Positions 49,600 through 58,489 of a DNA stretch of 64,000 bases are shown piece after piece (the stretch's first letter is position 1; each line of letters opens with the position of its first letter). Under the pieces are notes generated by a model. The model was not told where the DNA came from. It saw only the letters and a list, made by a program, of their open reading frames with translations, and did not search any database. Source of the DNA: Phormidesmis sp. (GTDB lineage Bacteria > Cyanobacteriota > Cyanobacteriia > Leptolyngbyales > Leptolyngbyaceae); assembly GCA_965248535.1 (NCBI GenBank), contig CBDFJR010000002.1:1120001-1184000 (forward strand), given 5' to 3'. A program made the position numbers and the translations under genes.

Positions 49600-50391
49600 A
49601 TGCCTGAACGAGTGCAAAAAGTTCTATCTCAGTGGGGGATCGCCTCCCGCCGTCAAGCGGAACAAATGATCCTAGACGGGCGCGTGCGTCTCAACGGCGA
49701 AGTGGCCCACCTGGGGCAAAAAACAAACCCAGCCCTTGACGAAGTGGCAGTAGACGGTAGAATTGTGAAGCCGATTGCCCGCCCTCAACTGCTCTACTTA
49801 TTACTCAATAAGCCTGTGGGCGTTGTTTCTACATGTGATGACCCTCAAAACCGATCAACGGTTTTAGACCTCCTTCCTAAAAAGATTCGTCAGGGTCAGG
49901 GGCTTCACCCCGTAGGGCGCTTAGATGTAGAATCAACCGGAGCACTCCTCTTAACCAATGATGGTGAGATGACCCACTCTCTGACTCACCCTCGCTATCA
50001 CGTTCCTAAAACCTATCAGGTTTGGGTTAAAGGGGTAGCCTCAGAGCAGATGTTAAGGCAGTGGCGGCAGGGAGTTTTGTTAGAAGGTCAGAAAACCCTA
50101 CCCGCTCAAGTTAGAGTGGTTTACCGTGCTGAGGCTAAAACCCTCTTAGAAATCATTCTTCACGAAGGGAGAAATCGACAGATTCGTAAAGTGGCCGATC
50201 AACTGGGGCATCCCGTCCTTCAGCTTCACCGCACCGCGATCGACTCCATTCAACTCAATTCTCCCGGCAAGCCTTTCTTGCCCAGCGGCACTTATCGCCC
50301 CCTAGAAAATTTTGAGATCCAGTGTTTAAAAGACCGAATCGACCTGACACCTATCGGGTCATCAGCAGAGATCCAGGAGCACAGCGGATGA
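49600..50391 (+). CDS. RsuA/RluB-family pseudouridine synthase
   Basis: S4 domain, HPVGRLD, EGRNRQIR. Confidence 0.9.
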   Translation: MPERVQKVLSQWGIASRRQAEQMILDGRVRLNGEVAHLGQKTNPALDEVAVDGRIVKPIARPQLLYLLLNKPVGVVSTCDDPQNRSTVLDLLPKKIRQGQGLHPVGRLDVESTGALLLTNDGEMTHSLTHPRYHVPKTYQVWVKGVASEQMLRQWRQGVLLEGQKTLPAQVRVVYRAEAKTLLEIILHEGRNRQIRKVADQLGHPVLQLHRTAIDSIQLNSPGKPFLPSGTYRPLENFEIQCLKDRIDLTPIGSSAEIQEHSG

Positions 50392-51236
50392 ATAAGCAAC
50401 CCCTCCAAAACAACCAAGACCAAGCAAAACGGCTAGCCGAAATGGGATTGCAATTGTGTGAATTGCGACAGCAACAAGGGATCTCTCTAGAACAAATTGC
50501 CAGCCAAACTCGAATTCAGCCACGTCTGTTACGGGCGATCGAGCAGGGCGACCTAAAGGGCTTACCTGAATCGGTTTACATTCAAAGTTTTATTCGACAA
50601 TATGCGGAGGCGATCGGGCTAGATGGGGTCAAATTTGCAAGTACTTTTCCCACCTCCCACTACAGCCTGCCTGATCCCCGTCCGTCTTGGCGGAGTCTAC
50701 CAGGGGCGCAGCTTCGCCCGGTACATCTCTATCTGCTCTACATGCTCTTGATCGTCTCCGCTGTGAATGGGCTATCTTATTTTCTCAATCGCTCTTTGGG
50801 TCAGACCCAGCTAGCCAACGCAGAAATGAAGATGCAGCCGATGGCTCCGGCTCCGATCGGGCCAATCAATCCTCTACAAAACGTGGCAAAGGCAACTCTG
50901 GCTCAAAAACAGCCTGGAAGCCAAAAGGCCGTCAGAGTCGGCGTGATGCTCACTGCCCAGTCTTGGGTGCGCGTGGTAGCAGATGGCAAAACCGAGTTTG
51001 AGGGCGTGCTTTCAGAGGGCACTCAGCGCGCTTGGGCTGCTAACCAGCAGGTGGTTGTCAGGGCTGGCAACGCAGGTGGGGTGATGGTGTCATTTAATGA
51101 TGGACAGTCTAAAAAGCTTGGAGAGCCGGGCGCGATCGAAGAAATGTCGTTTCCGCCTGACCCTCGCTTTGCAACCTTGCCCAATGCAGTTCACGAGATG
51201 GGCGTTGAGTCATTAGCGCGGGCAACATCTCACTAA
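50388..51236 (+). CDS. RodZ-like HTH/DUF4115 protein
   Basis: N-terminal HTH, TM segment, SWVRV..DG...GNAGGV. Confidence 0.8.
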   Translation: MNKQPLQNNQDQAKRLAEMGLQLCELRQQQGISLEQIASQTRIQPRLLRAIEQGDLKGLPESVYIQSFIRQYAEAIGLDGVKFASTFPTSHYSLPDPRPSWRSLPGAQLRPVHLYLLYMLLIVSAVNGLSYFLNRSLGQTQLANAEMKMQPMAPAPIGPINPLQNVAKATLAQKQPGSQKAVRVGVMLTAQSWVRVVADGKTEFEGVLSEGTQRAWAANQQVVVRAGNAGGVMVSFNDGQSKKLGEPGAIEEMSFPPDPRFATLPNAVHEMGVESLARATSH

Positions 51237-51262
51237 AGCCTGTGGGTTACCAAACTCAACGT

Positions 51263-51943
51263 TTAAGGCGCGATCGATTCCACAAGGGGTGCTGTGCAGT
51301 CTGGCGTGTCGTGCAACGGGCTGTTGACGCTTAGGCTTACGGGGTAAGCCGTCATAGAACTGCCCCCATAAGGGCGCAAAAGTGCCTGAAGTGATGCCGA
51401 GTCGAGAGTTGGATCAAGCCAGCGATCGTAGCTCTCTGCTGTCAAAATCACGGGCATTCGATCGTGCACTTGAGCAACGGTCAGATTAGCCTCAGTGGTC
51501 AAAATGGTGCAAGTCTCCAGTCCGTCTGCTTGTGAGGGGTGCCAGCGCTCCCACAGGCCCGCAAATGCAAAAGGACTACCGTTCTCTAATCGAAAATAAA
51601 AGGGCTGCTTTTTGCCTGGCTGCTTGCGCCACTCATAAAAGCCATCTGCCACAATCAGGCAGCGACGCTGCTTAAAGGCAGATCGAAACGACGGCTTTTC
51701 GGCTACTGTTTCTGACCGGGCGTTGATCAGTTTTGCCCCGATCGCTGCATCCTTTGACCACGAAGGAATCAGACCCCAGCGAAGCGGCTTAACCTGACGA
51801 TCGCCGCTCTCGGTTGCCACGATCGCCAAAACCCTCTGAGTGGGCGCAATATTATAGCGAGGTTGCCAGTCAGGAGCCTCGGTGAGTTGGAAGGTGAGCG
51901 CGATCGCTTCACCGGGTAGACTTTGGCTAAATCTTCCACACAT
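51263..51943 (-). CDS. SOS response-associated peptidase (SRAP/YedK)
   Basis: MCGRF, RYNIAPTQ, INARSET, HDRMPVIL. Confidence 0.9.
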   Translation of the reverse strand: MCGRFSQSLPGEAIALTFQLTEAPDWQPRYNIAPTQRVLAIVATESGDRQVKPLRWGLIPSWSKDAAIGAKLINARSETVAEKPSFRSAFKQRRCLIVADGFYEWRKQPGKKQPFYFRLENGSPFAFAGLWERWHPSQADGLETCTILTTEANLTVAQVHDRMPVILTAESYDRWLDPTLDSASLQALLRPYGGSSMTAYPVSLSVNSPLHDTPDCTAPLVESIAP

Positions 51944-52029
51944 CGCAAAAATAACCTCCAAAAATGGGCAATGGATCATTCTAATCACCCACTGCCCATT
52001 CAACTAAAGGATCTGAGGCTGGTTCCGAG

Positions 52030-52527
52030 CTACTTGATAAAGTTGAGCTTCTGAGTCTCTTTGTGGTGTTTCACTTGAGAAACCACGTTGTAGGCGTGTT
52101 CTCCTGGCTCTTGACGAGCATCGACTGCCCCCTCAGTCGAACCACCGATCGCCTTCCATTCCGTCAAGCCACCTTTAAGCTCTGCGATTGCTCGAAACCC
52201 CGCTTCGCGCAGCATCGCCGCCGCCTGGGCAGTCTCCGGCTCACTGGCACCATAGACGTAAATATCTCGCTCAAACTCTAGGCTACTCTTCGCTAGAGCC
52301 ACCAAGTCACTGAGCGGAAAATCCATCGCGCCCATAATATGACTGTCGTTAAACAGGTCACGAGGACGAACATCCAAAATGGTGAGGGCAGGCTCGCCCC
52401 ACTCCAGGCGAGATTTGAGATCATACACAGAAGATTGAGTCTTTAAGCCAGGAGGAGTCGGCGTAACGTTTGGCAGTGCCTCTTTAGCGTTTTGAATCAA
52501 ATCGTCGATGGCCATAGCTATCCTCAA
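52030..52527 (-). CDS. rhodanese-like domain protein
   Basis: ILDVR...HIMGA, LKGGL.EW. Confidence 0.8.
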   Translation of the reverse strand: MRIAMAIDDLIQNAKEALPNVTPTPPGLKTQSSVYDLKSRLEWGEPALTILDVRPRDLFNDSHIMGAMDFPLSDLVALAKSSLEFERDIYVYGASEPETAQAAAMLREAGFRAIAELKGGLTEWKAIGGSTEGAVDARQEPGEHAYNVVSQVKHHKETQKLNFIK

Positions 52528-52651
52528 CTTTTTTAATACATCTGTGCCGTAAATGTAATCAAAAGCGGAAGTGAGCTAATCTTTCTCAGGTCAGAGGCGG
52601 CGATCGTCTTGAGGCATAAAACACAGAGGAGGTACGGCCGTTTCACCCCAT

Positions 52652-53590
52652 TTACTGAAGACCCTCATAGCGCCAAGGGGCTGGGTCAACCGATAGTCCT
52701 TGCACATATAAGCCCCAATGCAGGTGAGGCCCGGTTGCCGCGCCTGTGCCGCCTAGAGCACCGATCGTTTGTCCCGCTTTGACGACATCGCCCTCTTTGA
52801 CATCAATGCGGCTGAGATGCAGAAAAATGCTCAAGACTCCTTGCCCGTGGTCAATGCCGATGCAGTTTCCGTGGATTTTAAAGCCCTGAGATTCACGACC
52901 TATTAGGGCAACCCGTCCGGCTGCGGGGGCAATAATGGCCGAGCCATAGTCTCCGGCATAATCAACGCCGCGATGATAATAATCTTTGGCAAACTCGCCG
53001 TTGTAGTAGCGACGCACTCCATAGCCTGTGGTGAGTTCACCCGCATTGGGTCGCAGCAATTTTCCTTGCCAGAGCTTTTGAGGGCTGACAATTTGCTTAA
53101 AGGCATCGACTTTATCAAACTCTAAATCCGTCCCGTTATCGCCCTTGCCGGGGGGAAGCCAAATGCTTTGGGTCGGGAACGATCGGGCTTTTAAGGTCAC
53201 CGTTAGGTCTTGCGCGTCTTGCCCGTCGTTGACCCGCAGCGTCAGTTTGCCAGGGTGATCGAGGGGCGTGGTGGGCAAAAGGGCCCGAAACCGATGATTC
53301 CCCTGCTCAAACGTTGCATAGGTTTTAGCCCCCATGGTTACAGTCGGGTTATTACTAGACTGAACCACGATCGAGAGGGTGTCGCCTAGTTGAGGAGACA
53401 GGGGCGCGATCGTAGCTGTCAGCGCCAGAGAGGGATAAGCCAGCGTGATCAGCGCGATCGCCACCAGCGCGGCCAGCCCCAACTGCCAGAGTAGCGATCG
53501 TCTCATCAAAGCACCCACGGTCCAGATTGCCGAAACTAAGCGATTGCGCGATCGTAAGCGTGGGTCAAAACCCCGGCGAGGAAAGGTCAT
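52652..53590 (-). CDS. M23 family metallopeptidase
   Basis: HRGVDYA, TGPHLHW. Confidence 0.88.
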   Translation of the reverse strand: MTFPRRGFDPRLRSRNRLVSAIWTVGALMRRSLLWQLGLAALVAIALITLAYPSLALTATIAPLSPQLGDTLSIVVQSSNNPTVTMGAKTYATFEQGNHRFRALLPTTPLDHPGKLTLRVNDGQDAQDLTVTLKARSFPTQSIWLPPGKGDNGTDLEFDKVDAFKQIVSPQKLWQGKLLRPNAGELTTGYGVRRYYNGEFAKDYYHRGVDYAGDYGSAIIAPAAGRVALIGRESQGFKIHGNCIGIDHGQGVLSIFLHLSRIDVKEGDVVKAGQTIGALGGTGAATGPHLHWGLYVQGLSVDPAPWRYEGLQ

Positions 53591-53791
53591 CGTGAATAGA
53601 ACTCCTTGACGATTTTGGACTTTGGATCAACGAACCGAACCAACAAGTTAACCCCACCCCTCGTGGGAAAAGGGCACCACCCTGTTCTCCCCTCGCCGTG
53701 GCCCTTGGAAAGCAAATGTGAAATTCGGCTCAATCATTCTAGAGGCGTTTGCTCACAAAAAACCTCCGTCCCCCAAGATCCAAACCTCTCA

Positions 53792-54985
53792 TCAGGCCGT
53801 TTTACCAATCACCCCTTCTACCAGCCAGTTCATCGCTTCAAGCTCAGGTGCTTTCTGGGCAAACTCTTTTCCTGAAGGCAATAAAACTTTGCCCGCGTTA
53901 TCCTTAAGTTCACCTTTGTAGATCGCTAAAGAGCCATCCATAAATTTAGCTTTCGCGGCTTCTGCATCTTTCTTAGCAGCGTCATTTACCGCCGGGCCAT
54001 AGGCAGCCAGCTTGACAAACCCATCTTTTAACCCGCCGCGCAGAAGATGAGGAATCCCGCCATTCATCAGAGTTTTGCCCTCTTGAATCATTTTGGCGTA
54101 GTTGGTGTAAACGCTCGTCCAATCCCATTCGGCCCCGGTTAAATAGCCCTTGGGCGCAAGCGAAATCTGGTCAGCGTGGTAGCCACTCGAATAAACGCCG
54201 CGCCGTTCTGCTGTCTCGATCACGACTTTGGGGCTGTCTACGTGACAGGTGATCACATCAATGCCTTGATCAACCATGCTATTAGTGGCTTCGGCTTCTT
54301 TGACTGGAACTGACCAGTCACCCGTAAAAACAACTTGCGTCGTGAGGGTGGGTTTGACACTGCGGGCCCCTAGCGTGAAGCTGTTGATATTTCGCAGCAC
54401 TTGCGGAATCGGCTTGGCCCCGACAAACCCCAGTTTGCCCGTCTTGCTCATGTGGGCAGCCACAATGCCTGAGAGATATTGCATCTCGTCGATATAGCCA
54501 TAATAGCTGCCGATGTTTTTAGGATGTTTGCCTTCGACATACATGCCACCACAGTGAAAGAACTGCACGGCGGGATATTCGGCCGCGAGTTTGAGAATGT
54601 GCGGGTCAAAATAACCAAACGAGGTCGGAAACAAGACGGTGGCTTTGTCTTGCTCAATCATGTTTCGCATCACTTCTTGCACTTCGGTGGTTTCAGGAAC
54701 ACTCGCTTGGTCGATCGTTTTAACTCCGGCCACTTTCGCCAGTCCTTCCTTGCCTTGAAAGTGAGCCTGGTTATAGCCAAAGTCATCTTTGGGCCCAACA
54801 TAGATAAAGCCCATCACCAAGTTTGCCGATGCCGAAGAAGTCCCTGGCGAAGCGTCGCCGCTAGCGCTGGGTTTAGCAGCCGTGCAGCCTGTCCAAAGCC
54901 GCGAGGTTGCACCAAAGGCACCAGCCGCTAGCAGCCCACGAATCACTTGACGACGAGACAGAGATGAAAAAGGTTGATGACTCAT
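53792..54985 (-). CDS. BMP family ABC substrate-binding protein (Tat lipoprotein)
   Basis: SRRQVIR, FIYVGP.DD.GYNQAH. Confidence 0.85.
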   Translation of the reverse strand: MSHQPFSSLSRRQVIRGLLAAGAFGATSRLWTGCTAAKPSASGDASPGTSSASANLVMGFIYVGPKDDFGYNQAHFQGKEGLAKVAGVKTIDQASVPETTEVQEVMRNMIEQDKATVLFPTSFGYFDPHILKLAAEYPAVQFFHCGGMYVEGKHPKNIGSYYGYIDEMQYLSGIVAAHMSKTGKLGFVGAKPIPQVLRNINSFTLGARSVKPTLTTQVVFTGDWSVPVKEAEATNSMVDQGIDVITCHVDSPKVVIETAERRGVYSSGYHADQISLAPKGYLTGAEWDWTSVYTNYAKMIQEGKTLMNGGIPHLLRGGLKDGFVKLAAYGPAVNDAAKKDAEAAKAKFMDGSLAIYKGELKDNAGKVLLPSGKEFAQKAPELEAMNWLVEGVIGKTA

Positions 54986-55205
54986 GGCTTCCTCCTGGTG
55001 GTTCTTAAACGTAGGATTTATAACTTAAAAGTCTCTGGCTACGAATTGAAGCATCACTCTTTAGGGTGAATTTGTATCGTAAATTACGTTTAGAGATTGG
55101 GCTTGATCAAGGCTGGCGCGTCCCGATGGCGAAATGTTAGGAATAGACGATCGTTCCCTGCCTTCACCCCCTAAACTGTCCCTAGTTTCAAGTCTTTAAA
55201 GCCTT

Positions 55206-56382
55206 ATGACGACTCATGATTGGATAGTAGTGGGCGCTGGAATCACGGGGGCTGCTCTGGCCTACGAGCTAGCAAACCAAGGCTTTTCGACCCTGTTGTT
55301 AGACCAACAAAACCCCTTGACGGGGGCGACTCGCTATAGCTATGGCGGCATTGCCTATTGGTCAGGCACCACCGCGCTGACTCGTCAACTGTGCGCTGAA
55401 GGCATTGAGCGCCATCGGATTCTTTCAGATGAGTTAGCCGCAGACACCCAGTTTCGAGAACTGGATTTGCTATTGACCATTGCTGCCGACCGCGATCCGC
55501 AAGAACTTGCCCAGCGCTATCTCGGCTTTGCAATTCCGCCCCGGTTGCTGAGTGTCAAAGAAGCCTGCGAGTTGGAACCGTTGCTGAATCCAGCGGCGAT
55601 CGCCGGGGCATTAACCGTTCGGCATGGTCATATTGAGGCCGAATTGACGACGCAGGCCTATTGTCAAGCCATGCAGCGCTTAGGCGGCGACCTCAAAACT
55701 GCTCAGATGACAGGATTGGTCAAAGATGCTAATCGAGTAACAGGGGTGACAACCACGATCGGCACCTTATACGCCGCTAACCTGGCTATTTGCACCGGAG
55801 GAATCACCCGCCAACTGCTGCAAGCCGCTGGGATTCGGGTCAAACAATATTTCACTCACGCCGAGATTATCGAAACACCTCCTACCGATTTAAAGCTGAG
55901 TACGTTAGTGATGCCAGCCGAGGCTGACCGATTTCAGCTAGAAGCCGACGCAACTCAACCTCTAGTCGAAGCGCTGTGGGACGAACCCGGACATGAACCT
56001 GCGCCAGCGATTTTGGATGCCGGAGCTATCCAATTTCTAGACGGCAGACTTCGGATCGGGCAGACCAGCCGAACGCTTGACTGACCCCAACGCGACGATC
56101 GATGCGGCTCAAAGCGAAGCCGATCTGCGAGCTAAAATCAGTGTCGTCTTGCCCAAAGTCGGCAACCTACCCGGCACCTGGCATCACTGCACGATCGCGT
56201 TTAGCCACGATCGTCTGCCGCTCGTGGGCGCAATTCCCTCTACTCCAGGTCTTCACCTGTTTTCAGGGTTTAGCAATCCACTGGCGATCGTGCCCGCGAT
56301 CGCTCGACGATTTGCCGCCAGCCAAACAGGAGCCAACGACGAAATCATCGAGCAATTATCACCGAGTCGAGACAGAAACTAA
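55206..56382 (+). CDS. FAD-dependent oxidoreductase (DAO family), frameshift near 56080
   Basis: VVGAGITG; C-terminal part in the 56077 ORF (LPLVGAIP...FSGF). Confidence 0.75.
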
Positions 56383-56385
56383 ACT

Positions 56386-58365
56386 CTAGAAACTAAACTG
56401 AGTTCGCAGGCTGCCCACAAAAACCGTGGGATTGCTGCTGAAGTTGTTGGCGTTGAAAATGGTGTAGAACGTCGGCACCACGGCAATGTGAGGATTGAGC
56501 GGATAGAAGTAAGAGGCTTCTAGCTCATATTGCGTGCCGCCATCGCCCGCCCCAGACGCAAAATAAGTGCGCCCCTTGGTGATATCCATCGGCATCAAGA
56601 AGGTGAGGGTGCCCAGCGCGCCTTTCTTGCCCAAGTCAGGAAAGCCAACCCCCACTTGGAAAGACTGAGTTCTCACCTTTTGGTCGATCGGGTTGAGCTT
56701 TGTGGTGGCAAAACTATAGCGCCCAAACACCCCAAACCCCGGCTTTAGCATCCAGTCGAAGTTAACCCCAAACATATCAGCAGTGGCATATTTCAGCCCC
56801 CCACCGACGACCCCATTTGAGAAGCCGGGCCCGGCATCTAAATAGCCGTAGGGAATCGGTTCTCCGATCGCGCCCCCCACTTGCCCCCCATAGGCTTGAA
56901 TCCGAGTGCGGTTATATTGCAGCCGTAGGTTAATGGTGCGAGTGGGCGAGAAAGTCAGCTCGGCTGAGGCGGTGTTAGTGCCGCCAAATAGACCAAACTT
57001 TGGATTGCTGGAGGTGTTGTAGCCAAACTCAGACGGCAAGAATTCGGTGTTTTCGCCCAGATAACCAACGGTCAGGCGAAACTGCTTGCTGAGAGTGACA
57101 TCGATCACCGCCCCTGACCCGCGATCGACCGCATTTGACTGAGCGCTGTTGGAGGTATCGAAACTGGCTCCTGAGTTAAAGACAAAGTTAAAGCGGTTGG
57201 AATCAAAGTGACGATACCAGTTGATGCGGGGCCCGACGGTCACCTTCACCGCATTGTTGAGCGGAAAGCTATAGAAAAGATCGTGAATCACCACATCAGG
57301 GACACCATTGTTGGTGCCGCCTGATTGGTCGAGAAACGGCACCCCCGCCGAGTTAAAAAAGCCAGCCGACGCATATTGGTTATAGGGAGAAACGCCGTTT
57401 CCAGCCGCCAACTGCGTCACCAACTGATCTTTGCCCGTGAAGGAGGTTGAAAGCGTCAGCCAAGTTAAAAAGCTCTCGGTGATATTAGGGTCTTTAGCCG
57501 TCAGAACCGTGGGTCTGCCCGTGATCGGACTGCGGGTTGCAAAGAACCGTCCGAGAGCATCGCCTTCGCTGCCTGCCGGGCCTTCAAATCGCACTCCTCT
57601 GCTGGCGGTTGCCCCTGTGACGTTGATCCAAACGCTGCCAAACAGCTTGGTGGTGGTTGAAAACTGCTGCTTTTCGAGGGTGGTGGTGCGCGCTTCGAGG
57701 ACATCGACGCGACCACGCAAAGTGGCTAGCTCGGCCGCAAATTCTTCTTGCAGCTTTTGCAGGGTAACTAAATCTTCTTTTTTAACGAGATTGGCGGTGG
57801 AGGCAGCAATTAACTCGTTGACGCGATCGAGACACGCATTCAGCCCGGCCGCAAACTCATAGCGGGTCAGCGCCCGATTGCCGCGATAGGTCTTGTCGGG
57901 GTAGCCCGCAATGCAGCCATAGCGCTCAACCAGCGATTGCAATGCCTGAAAGGCCCAGTCTGTGGGTTTAACATCTGTTAGCTGCGAGACTGAGGTGACT
58001 TGCGCCAATGCCGCATCAGCATCGGCTTCGGGCTTTTCAAAGTCTGCTACATTCTCTACTGAGTCTAAGCTGAGACGGGTGTCAAGGCTAGTCTGAGCCG
58101 GGGTTTTCTGGGCGATCACAATCGCTCGGTTTTCAACCGCCAAGGGGACAGCAGGAACAGCAGCCACCTGGTGAGAAGACAACTCGACGCTTTTCAAGTT
58201 AAGGGCTGCGGGGGGTGAAACTGCCGGGGAAGTCGTCGCGAGTTTCAGGGGGTTTGGAGCCGATTCTGCTCGACCGATGAGTTGAGAGTTGACCCCGTAG
58301 AGCACTGTCCACGCGATCGGAGACAGCAGTAGAGACTTCCACATCTTGGACTGGCTAAACATCAC
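56386..58365 (-). CDS. cyanobacterial SLH-domain OprB-type porin
   Basis: same SLH/coiled-coil block as 30786-32342; C-terminal RTQFSF. Confidence 0.9.
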   Translation of the reverse strand: MMFSQSKMWKSLLLSPIAWTVLYGVNSQLIGRAESAPNPLKLATTSPAVSPPAALNLKSVELSSHQVAAVPAVPLAVENRAIVIAQKTPAQTSLDTRLSLDSVENVADFEKPEADADAALAQVTSVSQLTDVKPTDWAFQALQSLVERYGCIAGYPDKTYRGNRALTRYEFAAGLNACLDRVNELIAASTANLVKKEDLVTLQKLQEEFAAELATLRGRVDVLEARTTTLEKQQFSTTTKLFGSVWINVTGATASRGVRFEGPAGSEGDALGRFFATRSPITGRPTVLTAKDPNITESFLTWLTLSTSFTGKDQLVTQLAAGNGVSPYNQYASAGFFNSAGVPFLDQSGGTNNGVPDVVIHDLFYSFPLNNAVKVTVGPRINWYRHFDSNRFNFVFNSGASFDTSNSAQSNAVDRGSGAVIDVTLSKQFRLTVGYLGENTEFLPSEFGYNTSSNPKFGLFGGTNTASAELTFSPTRTINLRLQYNRTRIQAYGGQVGGAIGEPIPYGYLDAGPGFSNGVVGGGLKYATADMFGVNFDWMLKPGFGVFGRYSFATTKLNPIDQKVRTQSFQVGVGFPDLGKKGALGTLTFLMPMDITKGRTYFASGAGDGGTQYELEASYFYPLNPHIAVVPTFYTIFNANNFSSNPTVFVGSLRTQFSF

Positions 58366-58398
58366 TCACACCTATATCTAAAGACACACTAAAGTGTG

Positions 58399-58441
58399 AG
58401 TTTATAGGAGTTAGAGCGCCATTTATGTAGCTTCTAGTACA
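58399..58441 (-). promoter_or_regulatory. canonical NtcA-activated promoter of the porin gene
   Basis: TGTA-N8-TACA at 58426-58441, then 22 nt, then TAAACT (TAN3T) on the minus strand. Confidence 0.65.
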
Positions 58442-58489
58442 ACTTGTATCCCAAGAGACATCAATCTATGGGTCTAGGGCAAAGAGCGC

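Noticed and set aside
55074..55087. NtcA box upstream of the BMP gene
   Set aside because: GTA-N8-TAC is present but there is no TAN3T at 21-23 nt; could be chance or a non-canonical site.
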